Shown: piece by piece, positions 9,346 through 17,489 of the stretch
Layout of the letters: each line of letters begins with the position of its first letter
Position numbering within the stretch: the first letter of the stretch is position 1
Source: Gemmatimonadaceae bacterium
GTDB lineage: Bacteria > Gemmatimonadota > Gemmatimonadetes > Gemmatimonadales > Gemmatimonadaceae
Length of the DNA: 64,000 nucleotides
NCBI GenBank assembly: GCA_051859245.1
Contig: JBHYGA010000004.1
Location: 704,001-768,000 of the forward strand
Direction of reading: 5' to 3'
Notes under the pieces: model-generated
Told to the model about the DNA's origin: nothing
Databases searched by the model: none
What the model saw: only the letters and a program-made list of their open reading frames with translations
Position numbers and translations under genes: made by a program

Positions 9346-9365
9346 CGTCGTAACAAGTGTGCTGC

Positions 9366-10085
9366 TTATTCGCGCGTCAGCATCGCCACTTTCGCCTGCA
9401 ACGGCTTGTATTCAGGCGCCAACGCCACCGCAGTGCGAATGAACGCGTCGCGCGCGGGAATGTCCTTCTTGTCTTCGGCTTCGAGGGCCTGACTCATGGC
9501 CATCATTGCCTTGAACTGATTGGGATTCTTTGACGCAGGAATCGTTGCACTCGCCGTCTTCAACGCTGGCAGCTTGAGGCCCGCGTTGATTTTCTGTCCA
9601 AGCTGCATGACGAGATCAAGCAGGTTGTCGGACTTGCCATTGACCGTCTGCACGTACTCGATCGCCGACGTTTCCGTATTCACCGCGCGTACGTCGATGC
9701 GCATGTTCTTGTTTGGGTCGATCACGAAACTACCCATCAGCATGTGGCGCGCACCAAGCGTTTTGCCAAGCTTGACCGCCGTCTCCTTGTCCACACGATC
9801 ACTGTTCTGCAGATTTTGTTCTTCGAGCAGCGGCTGCAGCCGATCACGCTCAACAACGCGCACCGCACTGTTCTGTGCGATCTCGTTGATGAGCATTTCG
9901 GCCATGCCCTTGCTCAACGGGGCGTACGAGTTGAAATCCACCAGTGCGCTGTTGGTGAAGTACAGTACGGCCACAGTGGGCCGCGTATCCGCGCTGGTAT
10001 TCTGAGCGGAAAGCGGCAGGGCACAGGCGACCAGAAGCGCGGGCAACATTCGGCGGGTCCAGCGGACCGTTGATGGCGTCGGCAT
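9366..10085 (-). CDS. Secreted CsgG/HfaB (TolB-N-like) domain protein
   Basis: Signal peptide (PLSA-Q); TVAVLYFTN, GMAEMLINE, VRVVERDRLQPLLEEQNL, AVKLGKTLGARHMLMGS, IDVRAVNTETS. Confidence 0.8.
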   Translation of the reverse strand: MPTPSTVRWTRRMLPALLVACALPLSAQNTSADTRPTVAVLYFTNSALVDFNSYAPLSKGMAEMLINEIAQNSAVRVVERDRLQPLLEEQNLQNSDRVDKETAVKLGKTLGARHMLMGSFVIDPNKNMRIDVRAVNTETSAIEYVQTVNGKSDNLLDLVMQLGQKINAGLKLPALKTASATIPASKNPNQFKAMMAMSQALEAEDKKDIPARDAFIRTAVALAPEYKPLQAKVAMLTRE

Positions 10086-10171
10086 TGAAACACCTCGTGA
10101 GTGAGAAAGGAACAGCGGTCTAACCTTGTGCGTGACGGCTCCGCCGTCAAGCAGTTATTCATTCCCGGATC

Positions 10172-12043
10172 ATGCCCAAGACCTGCCCCGTCTGCAGTAC
10201 CACCTATCCCGATAGCGATGCGTTTTGCCCTAAGGACGGGACCACGCTGCTTATGGATGAGGCCGCTTCGTCGCTGGTGGGCAGTGTGATCGCCGACCGG
10301 TACCTCGTGACCAAGCTCCTGGGCGAGGGCGGCATGGGGCAGGTCTACCTGGCCGGTCATGTGCGTTTGCCGCAGCAGGCGGCCATCAAAGTGCTGCACG
10401 CCAGCATGGTGCAGGACCCCGGCGCGATCGCACGCTTTAACCGGGAGGCCGCGAATGCCGCCCGCATTGAGCATGAACGGGTCGCGCGCGTGTTCGACTT
10501 TGGCGAGACGAACAAGGGGCTCGTCTACCTGGCCATGGAGTTCGTGCCTGGGCGCACGCTGCGCGAGGTGCTGGAAGAGGCCGGCCGCCTGGAGCCGCAG
10601 CGGGCGGCCAACATTGTCTATCAGGTCGCCGAGGGGCTCGAGGCCGCGCATCGGATCAGCATCGTCCACCGCGATCTCAAACCGGACAACATCCTCGTTG
10701 TGTCGGACGAGCCCGGGGTGGACCGCTGCAAAGTGGTGGACTTTGGCATCGCGAAGGCGTTTGACGACAGCGAAAACCGGAAGACCCAGCTCACGCAGGC
10801 CGGCGCGATCATTGGCACGCCGGAATACATGAGCCCGGAGCAGGTGCTGGGCGAGCAGCTGGACGCGCGCAGCGATGTGTACGCGTTGGCCGTGGTCGCC
10901 TATCATCTGCTCACCGGTCAGCTGCCGTTTTCGGCCGCTACTCCGGAGCGCAGCCTGACGGCGCGTTTGATCAGCGATCCGATGTCGCTGGCGCAGACCG
11001 CGCCCGATGTGGCGTGGCCGGAGGGTATGCAGGCCGCATTCGACCGGGCACTCAGTCGCGAACCTGATACGCGCACGTCGTCGGCGCTGCAGTTCGCCGA
11101 AGAACTCATCGCGGCCACAGAGGGCTGGACGGGGCACCTGGTGCTGCGAGGCCGCACGCCTGCGTCGACGGCATCGCTGTCGACGGCCCGAACCGCCGCG
11201 ATTCCGAACGCTGGCGGCGCCGTGGCGGCCATGCGCAACGCGCCCACACTCGAAGTGAATGTGAAGGCGGCGACGGACAAGGCGATGGAAGCGAAAGCGG
11301 CGGGCAAAGCGGCTGCAGCAGCCACGCTAGCGCCTGCCGCCGCGGCACCGTCAGCGGCGTCTGGCGTCACACCGAAGCCGGCGTCGGCACCAAACCGCAC
11401 TCCGATGCTCATTGGCGCCCTGGTGGTGCTGGCGGCGATCGTGGGCGGTGTGGTCATGATGGGTGGCGGCGATGCCGCGAGCGATGGTGGGTCTACGGTG
11501 GCCGCGGAGTCAGCGGCGCCTGACCTGGCAGACGCGAACGTGTCTCCGAGCGCGGCGCCGAGCGCGGCGCCGAGCGCGGCCGACGCGCCGCGCGGCGAGG
11601 CGGCACCGCTGGCCCCACCCGCGTCGGCGGCGCCGAATGCTACTGGGCAGCGAGCCGGGGCGGCCACCGAGGCACCGCCGGTGTCAGCCGCCACCCAAGC
11701 CGCAGCGCCCGTTGTTGACCCGGCGGCGTCTGTCGCGGCAGCCGAGGCGCAGCGAGAGTTGAAAGCGATTCAGGACCGGTTGCGCAACGCGCCTGATGAC
11801 GACGCCGCGTTGATCGCGGCGGGGCGCGCTGAAATTCCGCGCCTCGAGCGACTGCTGCCGCGATTCACCACCGCGGTGGACAGTGTGTGGGTGTACGTGT
11901 GGCTCACGAATGCCTCGCACGCCGCGAACGAGCCCATCAAAAAGTGCTCGGCGCTGCGCACCGCCAACCGGCTGGCCACATCACCGGCACAAGTTGAAGC
12001 GGTGATGAATCTGAAAACGGTGTTCGGCGAAGAGTGTCTGTAG
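10172..12043 (+). CDS. Membrane-anchored Hanks-type Ser/Thr protein kinase with N-terminal zinc-ribbon-like motif
   Basis: CPVC...FCPKDG; LGEGGMGQVY, AAIK, HRDLKPDN, DFG, GTPEYMSPEQ; Ala/Pro linker, one TM helix, extracytoplasmic tail. Confidence 0.93.
   Translation: MPKTCPVCSTTYPDSDAFCPKDGTTLLMDEAASSLVGSVIADRYLVTKLLGEGGMGQVYLAGHVRLPQQAAIKVLHASMVQDPGAIARFNREAANAARIEHERVARVFDFGETNKGLVYLAMEFVPGRTLREVLEEAGRLEPQRAANIVYQVAEGLEAAHRISIVHRDLKPDNILVVSDEPGVDRCKVVDFGIAKAFDDSENRKTQLTQAGAIIGTPEYMSPEQVLGEQLDARSDVYALAVVAYHLLTGQLPFSAATPERSLTARLISDPMSLAQTAPDVAWPEGMQAAFDRALSREPDTRTSSALQFAEELIAATEGWTGHLVLRGRTPASTASLSTARTAAIPNAGGAVAAMRNAPTLEVNVKAATDKAMEAKAAGKAAAAATLAPAAAAPSAASGVTPKPASAPNRTPMLIGALVVLAAIVGGVVMMGGGDAASDGGSTVAAESAAPDLADANVSPSAAPSAAPSAADAPRGEAAPLAPPASAAPNATGQRAGAATEAPPVSAATQAAAPVVDPAASVAAAEAQRELKAIQDRLRNAPDDDAALIAAGRAEIPRLERLLPRFTTAVDSVWVYVWLTNASHAANEPIKKCSALRTANRLATSPAQVEAVMNLKTVFGEECL
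11546..11581 (+). repeat. 12-bp tandem repeat x3 (PSAA) in the kinase linker
   Basis: CCGAGCGCGGCG CCGAGCGCGGCG CCGAGCGCGGCC. Confidence 0.85.
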
Positions 12044-12071
12044 CACGCCGACGCGCAGCATTGAGCGCGCG

Positions 12072-13229
12072 CTACCGTCCGTTCGCTACAGCTAGCAGAC
12101 GTTCTCCCGCCGCGTGCAGCGTTTCTGCGCGTTTGGCAAAATGGAAGCGCAAATAGTTGTGAACCGGCTCGCGAAAGAAACTTGAGCCAGCCACACCGGC
12201 CACGCCGATTGTTTTGATGAACCAGTCTGATGCGTCGCTGTCGCGCTCGAATCCGAGCGCGCCAATGTCCACCATCACGTAGTACGCGCCTTGTGGTTCA
12301 GTGAACGGCAACCCGGTGCGTACGAGATAGTCGAGAAAGAGTGCGCGTTGCTGCGTATAGAACGCGCGCAGATCGACGTAATACTGATACGGAAACTCGA
12401 GCGCCGTGACGGCCGCTTCCTGCAATGGCGCGGCGGCGCCAATGGTGAGGAAGTCGTGCACCTTGCGTGCAGCACGGATGACGTTGGGCGCAGCCTGCAC
12501 ATAACCAATGCGCCACCCGGTAATGGAATACGTTTTTGACAACGAGTTGCACACAATCGTGCGCTCGAATGCACCGGGCAAGGCGTGCGTGTACACGTGC
12601 TCGTGTGGCGCATACACCATGTGCTCGTACGGCTCGTCGGTAATGATGTACGCATCATACTTTTCCGCGAGCGCCACAATCAGCGTAAGTTCGGCGCGCG
12701 AAAACACCTTGCCGGTCGGATTGCCGGGATTGCACAACACGATCGCCTTCGCGCCCTGAGCAAACGCGCGCTCAAGTTCCTCAGGATCGAAGGCGAACTC
12801 CGGTGGGCGCAGCGGTACCCAGATCGCCTCCGCACCGGCCAGAATCGTATCGGCGAAATAGTTCTCGTAGAACGGCGAAAAAATGATCACCTTGTCGCCG
12901 GGATTACACGCCGTCATCATCGCGACCATCATCGCTTCCGTGCTGCCACACGTGACGACGAGATGTTCGTCGGGATTGATTTCAACGCCGCCTGTGCGCG
13001 TGATCTTTCGCGCGAGTGCGTCCCGAAACCGTGCTGAGCCCCACGTCACCGCATACTGATGAAATGGGCCGCGCGCCGCGACCACAAGCGCATCCAGCAA
13101 TGCCGGTGGCGGCTCAAAGTCAGGAAACCCCTGCGCAAGATTGATCGCACCGTACTCATTCGCGGTGCGCGTGGTGTTCCGAATCACGGATTCGGAGATC
13201 GAGCTGAGCCGCTGCGACGTGGCTGGCAT
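12072..13229 (-). CDS. PLP-dependent aminotransferase class I/II (YbdL/kynurenine aminotransferase-like)
   Basis: AINLAQGFPDF, NPGNPTG, DEPY, SLSKTYSITGWRIG (PLP lysine). Confidence 0.92.
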   Translation of the reverse strand: MPATSQRLSSISESVIRNTTRTANEYGAINLAQGFPDFEPPPALLDALVVAARGPFHQYAVTWGSARFRDALARKITRTGGVEINPDEHLVVTCGSTEAMMVAMMTACNPGDKVIIFSPFYENYFADTILAGAEAIWVPLRPPEFAFDPEELERAFAQGAKAIVLCNPGNPTGKVFSRAELTLIVALAEKYDAYIITDEPYEHMVYAPHEHVYTHALPGAFERTIVCNSLSKTYSITGWRIGYVQAAPNVIRAARKVHDFLTIGAAAPLQEAAVTALEFPYQYYVDLRAFYTQQRALFLDYLVRTGLPFTEPQGAYYVMVDIGALGFERDSDASDWFIKTIGVAGVAGSSFFREPVHNYLRFHFAKRAETLHAAGERLLAVANGR

Positions 13230-13450
13230 GCCGATTGGGTAAGAAATGAAGCGAGGCGGTGAACGTCGACCTCAACCTTCACCCGCAACGGGCGCGGGTC
13301 AATCACTCGCCTCGGGAGTTGGCCCAAAACACGCAGTTGCACTGTTCCGGAGAGCGAGAAGCCGCAGTGCGCGCCTCAGGGCACTGGCCTATCTTTCAGA
13401 GAGTGAGATTTCACTGCAGGTTGATGTCATGGTCATTTTCGGAGCTCAGT

Positions 13451-14323
13451 ATGTCGTGGACGCATGATTACAAAGTGAAGCTTGAAGCAGCACCTGCCAC
13501 TGTATTCACCGCGCTCACCACAGGCAGCGCGCTTACCGTTTGGTTTGCCGAGCACGCACAACCCGGTGCCGCCACGGGCGAAAATTTTGCGTTCTGGGGT
13601 CGTCACTCCCTCGAAACGCCCACCCAAACGCAGGCCACGCAGCGAATCATTGCGTTTGACGCCGGTCGTCGGCTCGGCTTTTCATGGGCGATTCATGGCG
13701 TCAAGACCACGGTCAATATCGCCTTGACTGAAGAGGGAGACGGGTGTCAGCTCGCGCTGCGTCACGAGATTCACGGATCGTTGCCGGCGTCGCGTGAGCG
13801 CGAGCTGATCGACGATCACTGGCGTCTCGCGTTCGGCAATCTGGCCGCCTATCTCGCCGGTGGGGCGGGCATCACGCTCCCTGACTTTACCGATCGCTCG
13901 CCCAGCGTGCAGCAGCAGGTCGTGATTGAAACGACGCCCGCGCGCGTGTTCGCGGCACTCACCACACCGGCTCTTGTGAATCAGTGGTTTGGCTCGAAGG
14001 GTGCGGAGATCGAACCCAAGGCCGGTGGCAAGTACGCGCTCAACTGGCAGTACAAGGTGGATGGGAGAGATGTGGTTGGCGGTCCGACCACGATTCTTGA
14101 ATACGTCGATGGCGAACGATTGGTGCTCGACTGGCCTGACTGGCGCGGCGATGCGACGGTCAAGGGTCAGACCATCGCATTCAGTCTTGAACCACACGGC
14201 GAACATACGCGTTTGCATTTTGTGCACGCCGGTTTCGGACGCCCAACCGACATCAGCGATTTCCCGTTCGGATGGAACTGGTTCCTGTCCGAGTTGCGAA
14301 AGGTTGCAACGGCGCAGGCGTAG
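13451..14323 (+). CDS. Tandem SRPBCC/AHSA1-like domain protein
   Basis: GGAG RBS at 13441 and ATG 13451; two repeats with VFTALT..L..WF / VFAALT..LVNQWF, each ending in a Trp-containing helix. Confidence 0.82.
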   Translation: MSWTHDYKVKLEAAPATVFTALTTGSALTVWFAEHAQPGAATGENFAFWGRHSLETPTQTQATQRIIAFDAGRRLGFSWAIHGVKTTVNIALTEEGDGCQLALRHEIHGSLPASRERELIDDHWRLAFGNLAAYLAGGAGITLPDFTDRSPSVQQQVVIETTPARVFAALTTPALVNQWFGSKGAEIEPKAGGKYALNWQYKVDGRDVVGGPTTILEYVDGERLVLDWPDWRGDATVKGQTIAFSLEPHGEHTRLHFVHAGFGRPTDISDFPFGWNWFLSELRKVATAQA

Positions 14324-14379
14324 GCAGGATCTGCCGGACGCAGCGTCATCGTCAGTTCAACGAACGCATTGAGAGTGAC

Positions 14380-15822
14380 ATGACCGATTCGCTGCAGTTC
14401 TACATTGACGGTTCGTGGGTTCTGCCCGTTGGCGGAAGTGCGACGAACGCTGTGATTGATGTGATCAATCCGTCAACGGAAGAAAAGATCGCGCAGGTCA
14501 GCGCCGGCTCCGCGGCCGACGTGGATCGTGCGGTCGCGGCTGCCACGCGCGCCTTCGCGTCGTTCAGCATGAGCACGCGAGAGGAGCGACTGGAGTTACT
14601 CGACCGCATCATTGCCGGAATGCAGGCGCGACAGGCCGAGCTCGCGGACACTATTTCGCGTGAGCTTGGCGCGCCGATGAAGCTGGCCACTGGCGCGCAC
14701 GTGCCGTCCGGCATTGCGCATTTCAAGGTGGCTCGTGAGGTGCTCGCGCAGTACGAGTTTGCCTCGCAGAGAGGCACAACGCAGATCGTGCGCGAACCAA
14801 TCGGGGTGTGTGGTCTGATCACACCATGGAACTGGCCGCTCAATCAGATTGCCTGCAAAGTGGCACCGGCGCTTGCCGCTGGCTGCACGATGGTGCTCAA
14901 GCCGAGCGAGGTCGCGCCGCTCAATGCCATGTTGCTAGCGGAGATTTTGCATGACGCTGGTGTGCCGCCGGGTGTGTTCAATCTCGTAAACGGTGACGGT
15001 CCAACGGTTGGCCAGGCGATTGTGGCGCACCCGGATGTGCAGATGGTCTCGTTTACCGGATCAACGCGCGCTGGCATTGCCGTGGCGCAGCTCGCAGCCA
15101 AGACGGTGAAGCGAGTGACGCAAGAGCTTGGTGGCAAGTCGGGAAACATTGTCCTCGATGACGCCGACATTGCAACCGCGGTGAAGAACGGTGTGCGCAG
15201 TTGTTTCAACAACAGCGGTCAGTCGTGTAATGCGCCCACGCGCATGTTCGTACCGAGTGCACAGCTGGCTAACGCCGAAGCTGCAGCACGTGACGCGGTG
15301 CAGAAGGTCTCGCTCGGCGAAGCACATGCTGACGGTGTGAATATGGGTCCCGTGGTGAGTGCGCTGCAGTTCGAGCGCATTCAGCAACACATTGCCGATG
15401 CGATCGAAGACGGCGCGCAGTTGATCACCGGCGGTCTGGGGCGTCCGGAGCATTTGGCCGTGGGCTATTTCGTGCAGCCCACGGTGTTTTCGTCGGTGCA
15501 TAACGGCATGCGCATTGCACAGACCGAAGTGTTCGGGCCCGTGTTGTGCATTATCCCGTACGACTCTGAAAGTGAAGCGGTACAGCTCGCCAACGACTCG
15601 CCGTACGGTCTGGCGGCGTATGTGTCGTCGTCAAGTGCTGAGCGTGCCATGCACGTGGCACGACAGCTGCGCGCCGGCAATGTGCACATCAACAACGCAC
15701 CGGTTGATCATCGCGCGCCGTTTGGCGGCTACAAACAATCAGGAAATGGTCGCGAGTGGGGCGAGCAGGGATTTGAGGAGTATCTCGAGACCAAAGCGAT
15801 CATGGGTGTGCCGGCCGCATGA
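14380..15822 (+). CDS. NAD(P)-dependent aldehyde dehydrogenase
   Basis: ITPWNWP, LKPSE, SFTGST, ELGGKS (Glu), GQSC (Cys), EVFGPV, PFGGYKQSG. Confidence 0.95.
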   Translation: MTDSLQFYIDGSWVLPVGGSATNAVIDVINPSTEEKIAQVSAGSAADVDRAVAAATRAFASFSMSTREERLELLDRIIAGMQARQAELADTISRELGAPMKLATGAHVPSGIAHFKVAREVLAQYEFASQRGTTQIVREPIGVCGLITPWNWPLNQIACKVAPALAAGCTMVLKPSEVAPLNAMLLAEILHDAGVPPGVFNLVNGDGPTVGQAIVAHPDVQMVSFTGSTRAGIAVAQLAAKTVKRVTQELGGKSGNIVLDDADIATAVKNGVRSCFNNSGQSCNAPTRMFVPSAQLANAEAAARDAVQKVSLGEAHADGVNMGPVVSALQFERIQQHIADAIEDGAQLITGGLGRPEHLAVGYFVQPTVFSSVHNGMRIAQTEVFGPVLCIIPYDSESEAVQLANDSPYGLAAYVSSSSAERAMHVARQLRAGNVHINNAPVDHRAPFGGYKQSGNGREWGEQGFEEYLETKAIMGVPAA

Positions 15823-17387
15823 TTGCGTCGGCGTCCCTCGAACAGCGACTCGCGGCGCGCTATCGCATTGAGCGGTTGCTCGGCCGTGGCGGAATGGGCG
15901 CCGTGTATCTCGCGCGGGACCTGCAGCTGGACCGACTGGTTGCGGTAAAGGAGCTGCCGGCAGAGTTCGCGCGCGATCCGATTTTACGGGCACGGTTTCT
16001 TCGCGAAGTGCGAATGGCGGCGAGTTTTTCGCACCCGAATATTGTTCCGGTATATGCGATTGAAGAGCAGGAGGAATCGCTCGCCTTCGTGATGGGTTTT
16101 GTGGAAGGTGAGAGTCTCGCCGAACGTGTACGACGTACGGGACCACTGTCGTCCCGGGAAGCGGTGCGGTTGTTGCTGGATGTCGCGTACGCCCTCGCGT
16201 ATGCCCATGGACGCGGTGTTGTGCACCGCGACATCAAGCCCGACAACATCATGATCGAACGTGCCACCGGACGTGCGCTGCTGATGGATTTTGGCGTGGC
16301 GCGTGTGATTCACACGTCGCCAGCTGCCGGTGCAGGAATGACGCGTGTTGGTGAAGCGGTCGGTACGCCGGAATACATGAGTCCTGAGCAAGCGACGGGA
16401 GAGTCTGTTGACGGACGCAGTGATTTGTACTCGCTCGGCTTAACGGCCTACTTCGCACTCACTGGTGTCGTTGCATTTGGTGATAACAGTGCCGCGCGTG
16501 TGCTGGTGCGACAGCTGACGGAGACGTTGCCGTCAATCGCCACCGCTCGCGCCGATCTGCCACTGGCGCTAGCAGCGCTGATCGATCGCTGTCTCGCCAA
16601 AGAGGCGGCGGAGCGATTTGACAACGCAGGAGCGCTGATTGACGCGCTCGACGCCGTGCAAGCGACCGCGCCTGATGTGCCGGTCGCCGTGCGCCTGTTT
16701 GCGCAGGAAGCAGAAACGCTGGGAATGGTCATCGGGTATTTGATGCTGTTTGCGATCTACTTGCTGACCAGAGAGCTGGAGAACACGCTGATCTACGACC
16801 GGCTCATCCCGGTAATCGTTCTCGTTGCCGTCGCGTTTGGTCGCGCGGCGCAGACGCGCGCAGAAGCGAAACGTTTGCTCAAGCAGGGTTTCAGTGTGGA
16901 GGCAGTTCGCAGTGGATTCCGTCAATCCCTGGTCGAACGCAAAGAACGCCGCGCACAACTTCGGCAGGATCCGGCGGTCGTGTCGCGGCGTCGGCTTACG
17001 GTGTTCGCCGGGCTCTTTCAGTTGATCAGTGGTGCCTTGCTCATTTACGCGGCGTGGAACTCTCGCGAGGTGTTGCCTGATGGCAACTTCACGCCGGTGT
17101 ACGGCGTGGTGATGCTGTATTCGGGACTGGGGTGCCTCGGTTTCGCGTTCGTTCTGCTGATGCGTAGTCCGCTTCGCATGAGTTTGTGGGAGCTGGTGTT
17201 TCGTGTTGTCTGGCTCGGCAGAATTGGTGCCTGGTTCCTTCGGGCAGAAGGCGCGCGTGGTGCGCAGGCGGCTGTTCCGTTACCCACCGCTGTTCCGCGA
17301 AAGGCCGTGCCGATGAAGATGCGCGTGGACTCGCTCGAATCGCGCGTCGCCCGGCTTGAGCAGGAACGGCGCAGCGGCGGCAGCTGA
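15819..17387 (+). CDS. Ser/Thr protein kinase with C-terminal multi-pass membrane domain
   Basis: LGRGGMGAVY, VAVK, HRDIKPDN, DFG, GTPEYMSPEQ; about four hydrophobic segments and a terminal coiled coil (VDSLESRVARLE). Confidence 0.92.
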   Translation: MIASASLEQRLAARYRIERLLGRGGMGAVYLARDLQLDRLVAVKELPAEFARDPILRARFLREVRMAASFSHPNIVPVYAIEEQEESLAFVMGFVEGESLAERVRRTGPLSSREAVRLLLDVAYALAYAHGRGVVHRDIKPDNIMIERATGRALLMDFGVARVIHTSPAAGAGMTRVGEAVGTPEYMSPEQATGESVDGRSDLYSLGLTAYFALTGVVAFGDNSAARVLVRQLTETLPSIATARADLPLALAALIDRCLAKEAAERFDNAGALIDALDAVQATAPDVPVAVRLFAQEAETLGMVIGYLMLFAIYLLTRELENTLIYDRLIPVIVLVAVAFGRAAQTRAEAKRLLKQGFSVEAVRSGFRQSLVERKERRAQLRQDPAVVSRRRLTVFAGLFQLISGALLIYAAWNSREVLPDGNFTPVYGVVMLYSGLGCLGFAFVLLMRSPLRMSLWELVFRVVWLGRIGAWFLRAEGARGAQAAVPLPTAVPRKAVPMKMRVDSLESRVARLEQERRSGGS

Positions 17388-17489
17388 GGCGCGTACACCC
17401 TCGCCTCGCCACCGTCCGCCGTGCAGTTTACGGGAATTCGCGTGACGGTTGTCACGTATTCCGCTTTCCTCCCAGACGCCTGATTCTGC

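Noticed and set aside
4011..10085. Curli biogenesis or holdfast operon
   Set aside because: Only the CsgG/HfaB-like fold is present. There are no curlin-repeat subunits, CsgE/F or holdfast polysaccharide genes in the window.
9914..11137. Long antisense ORFs (also 23451-24767, 40228-41250, 53960-54853 and others)
   Set aside because: They lie opposite well-supported genes, show no motifs and are typical stop-poor shadows of high-GC coding DNA.
13345..13405. Glycine-riboswitch-like words (GGAGAGCG...CGCGCC...GGGCA...ATCTTTCAG) upstream of the SRPBCC gene
   Set aside because: The conserved CCGAAG reads CCTCAG and UCAGG reads UCAGA, so the P3 pairing fails; there is no second aptamer or glycine-related gene. 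An Infernal/Rfam scan would settle it.
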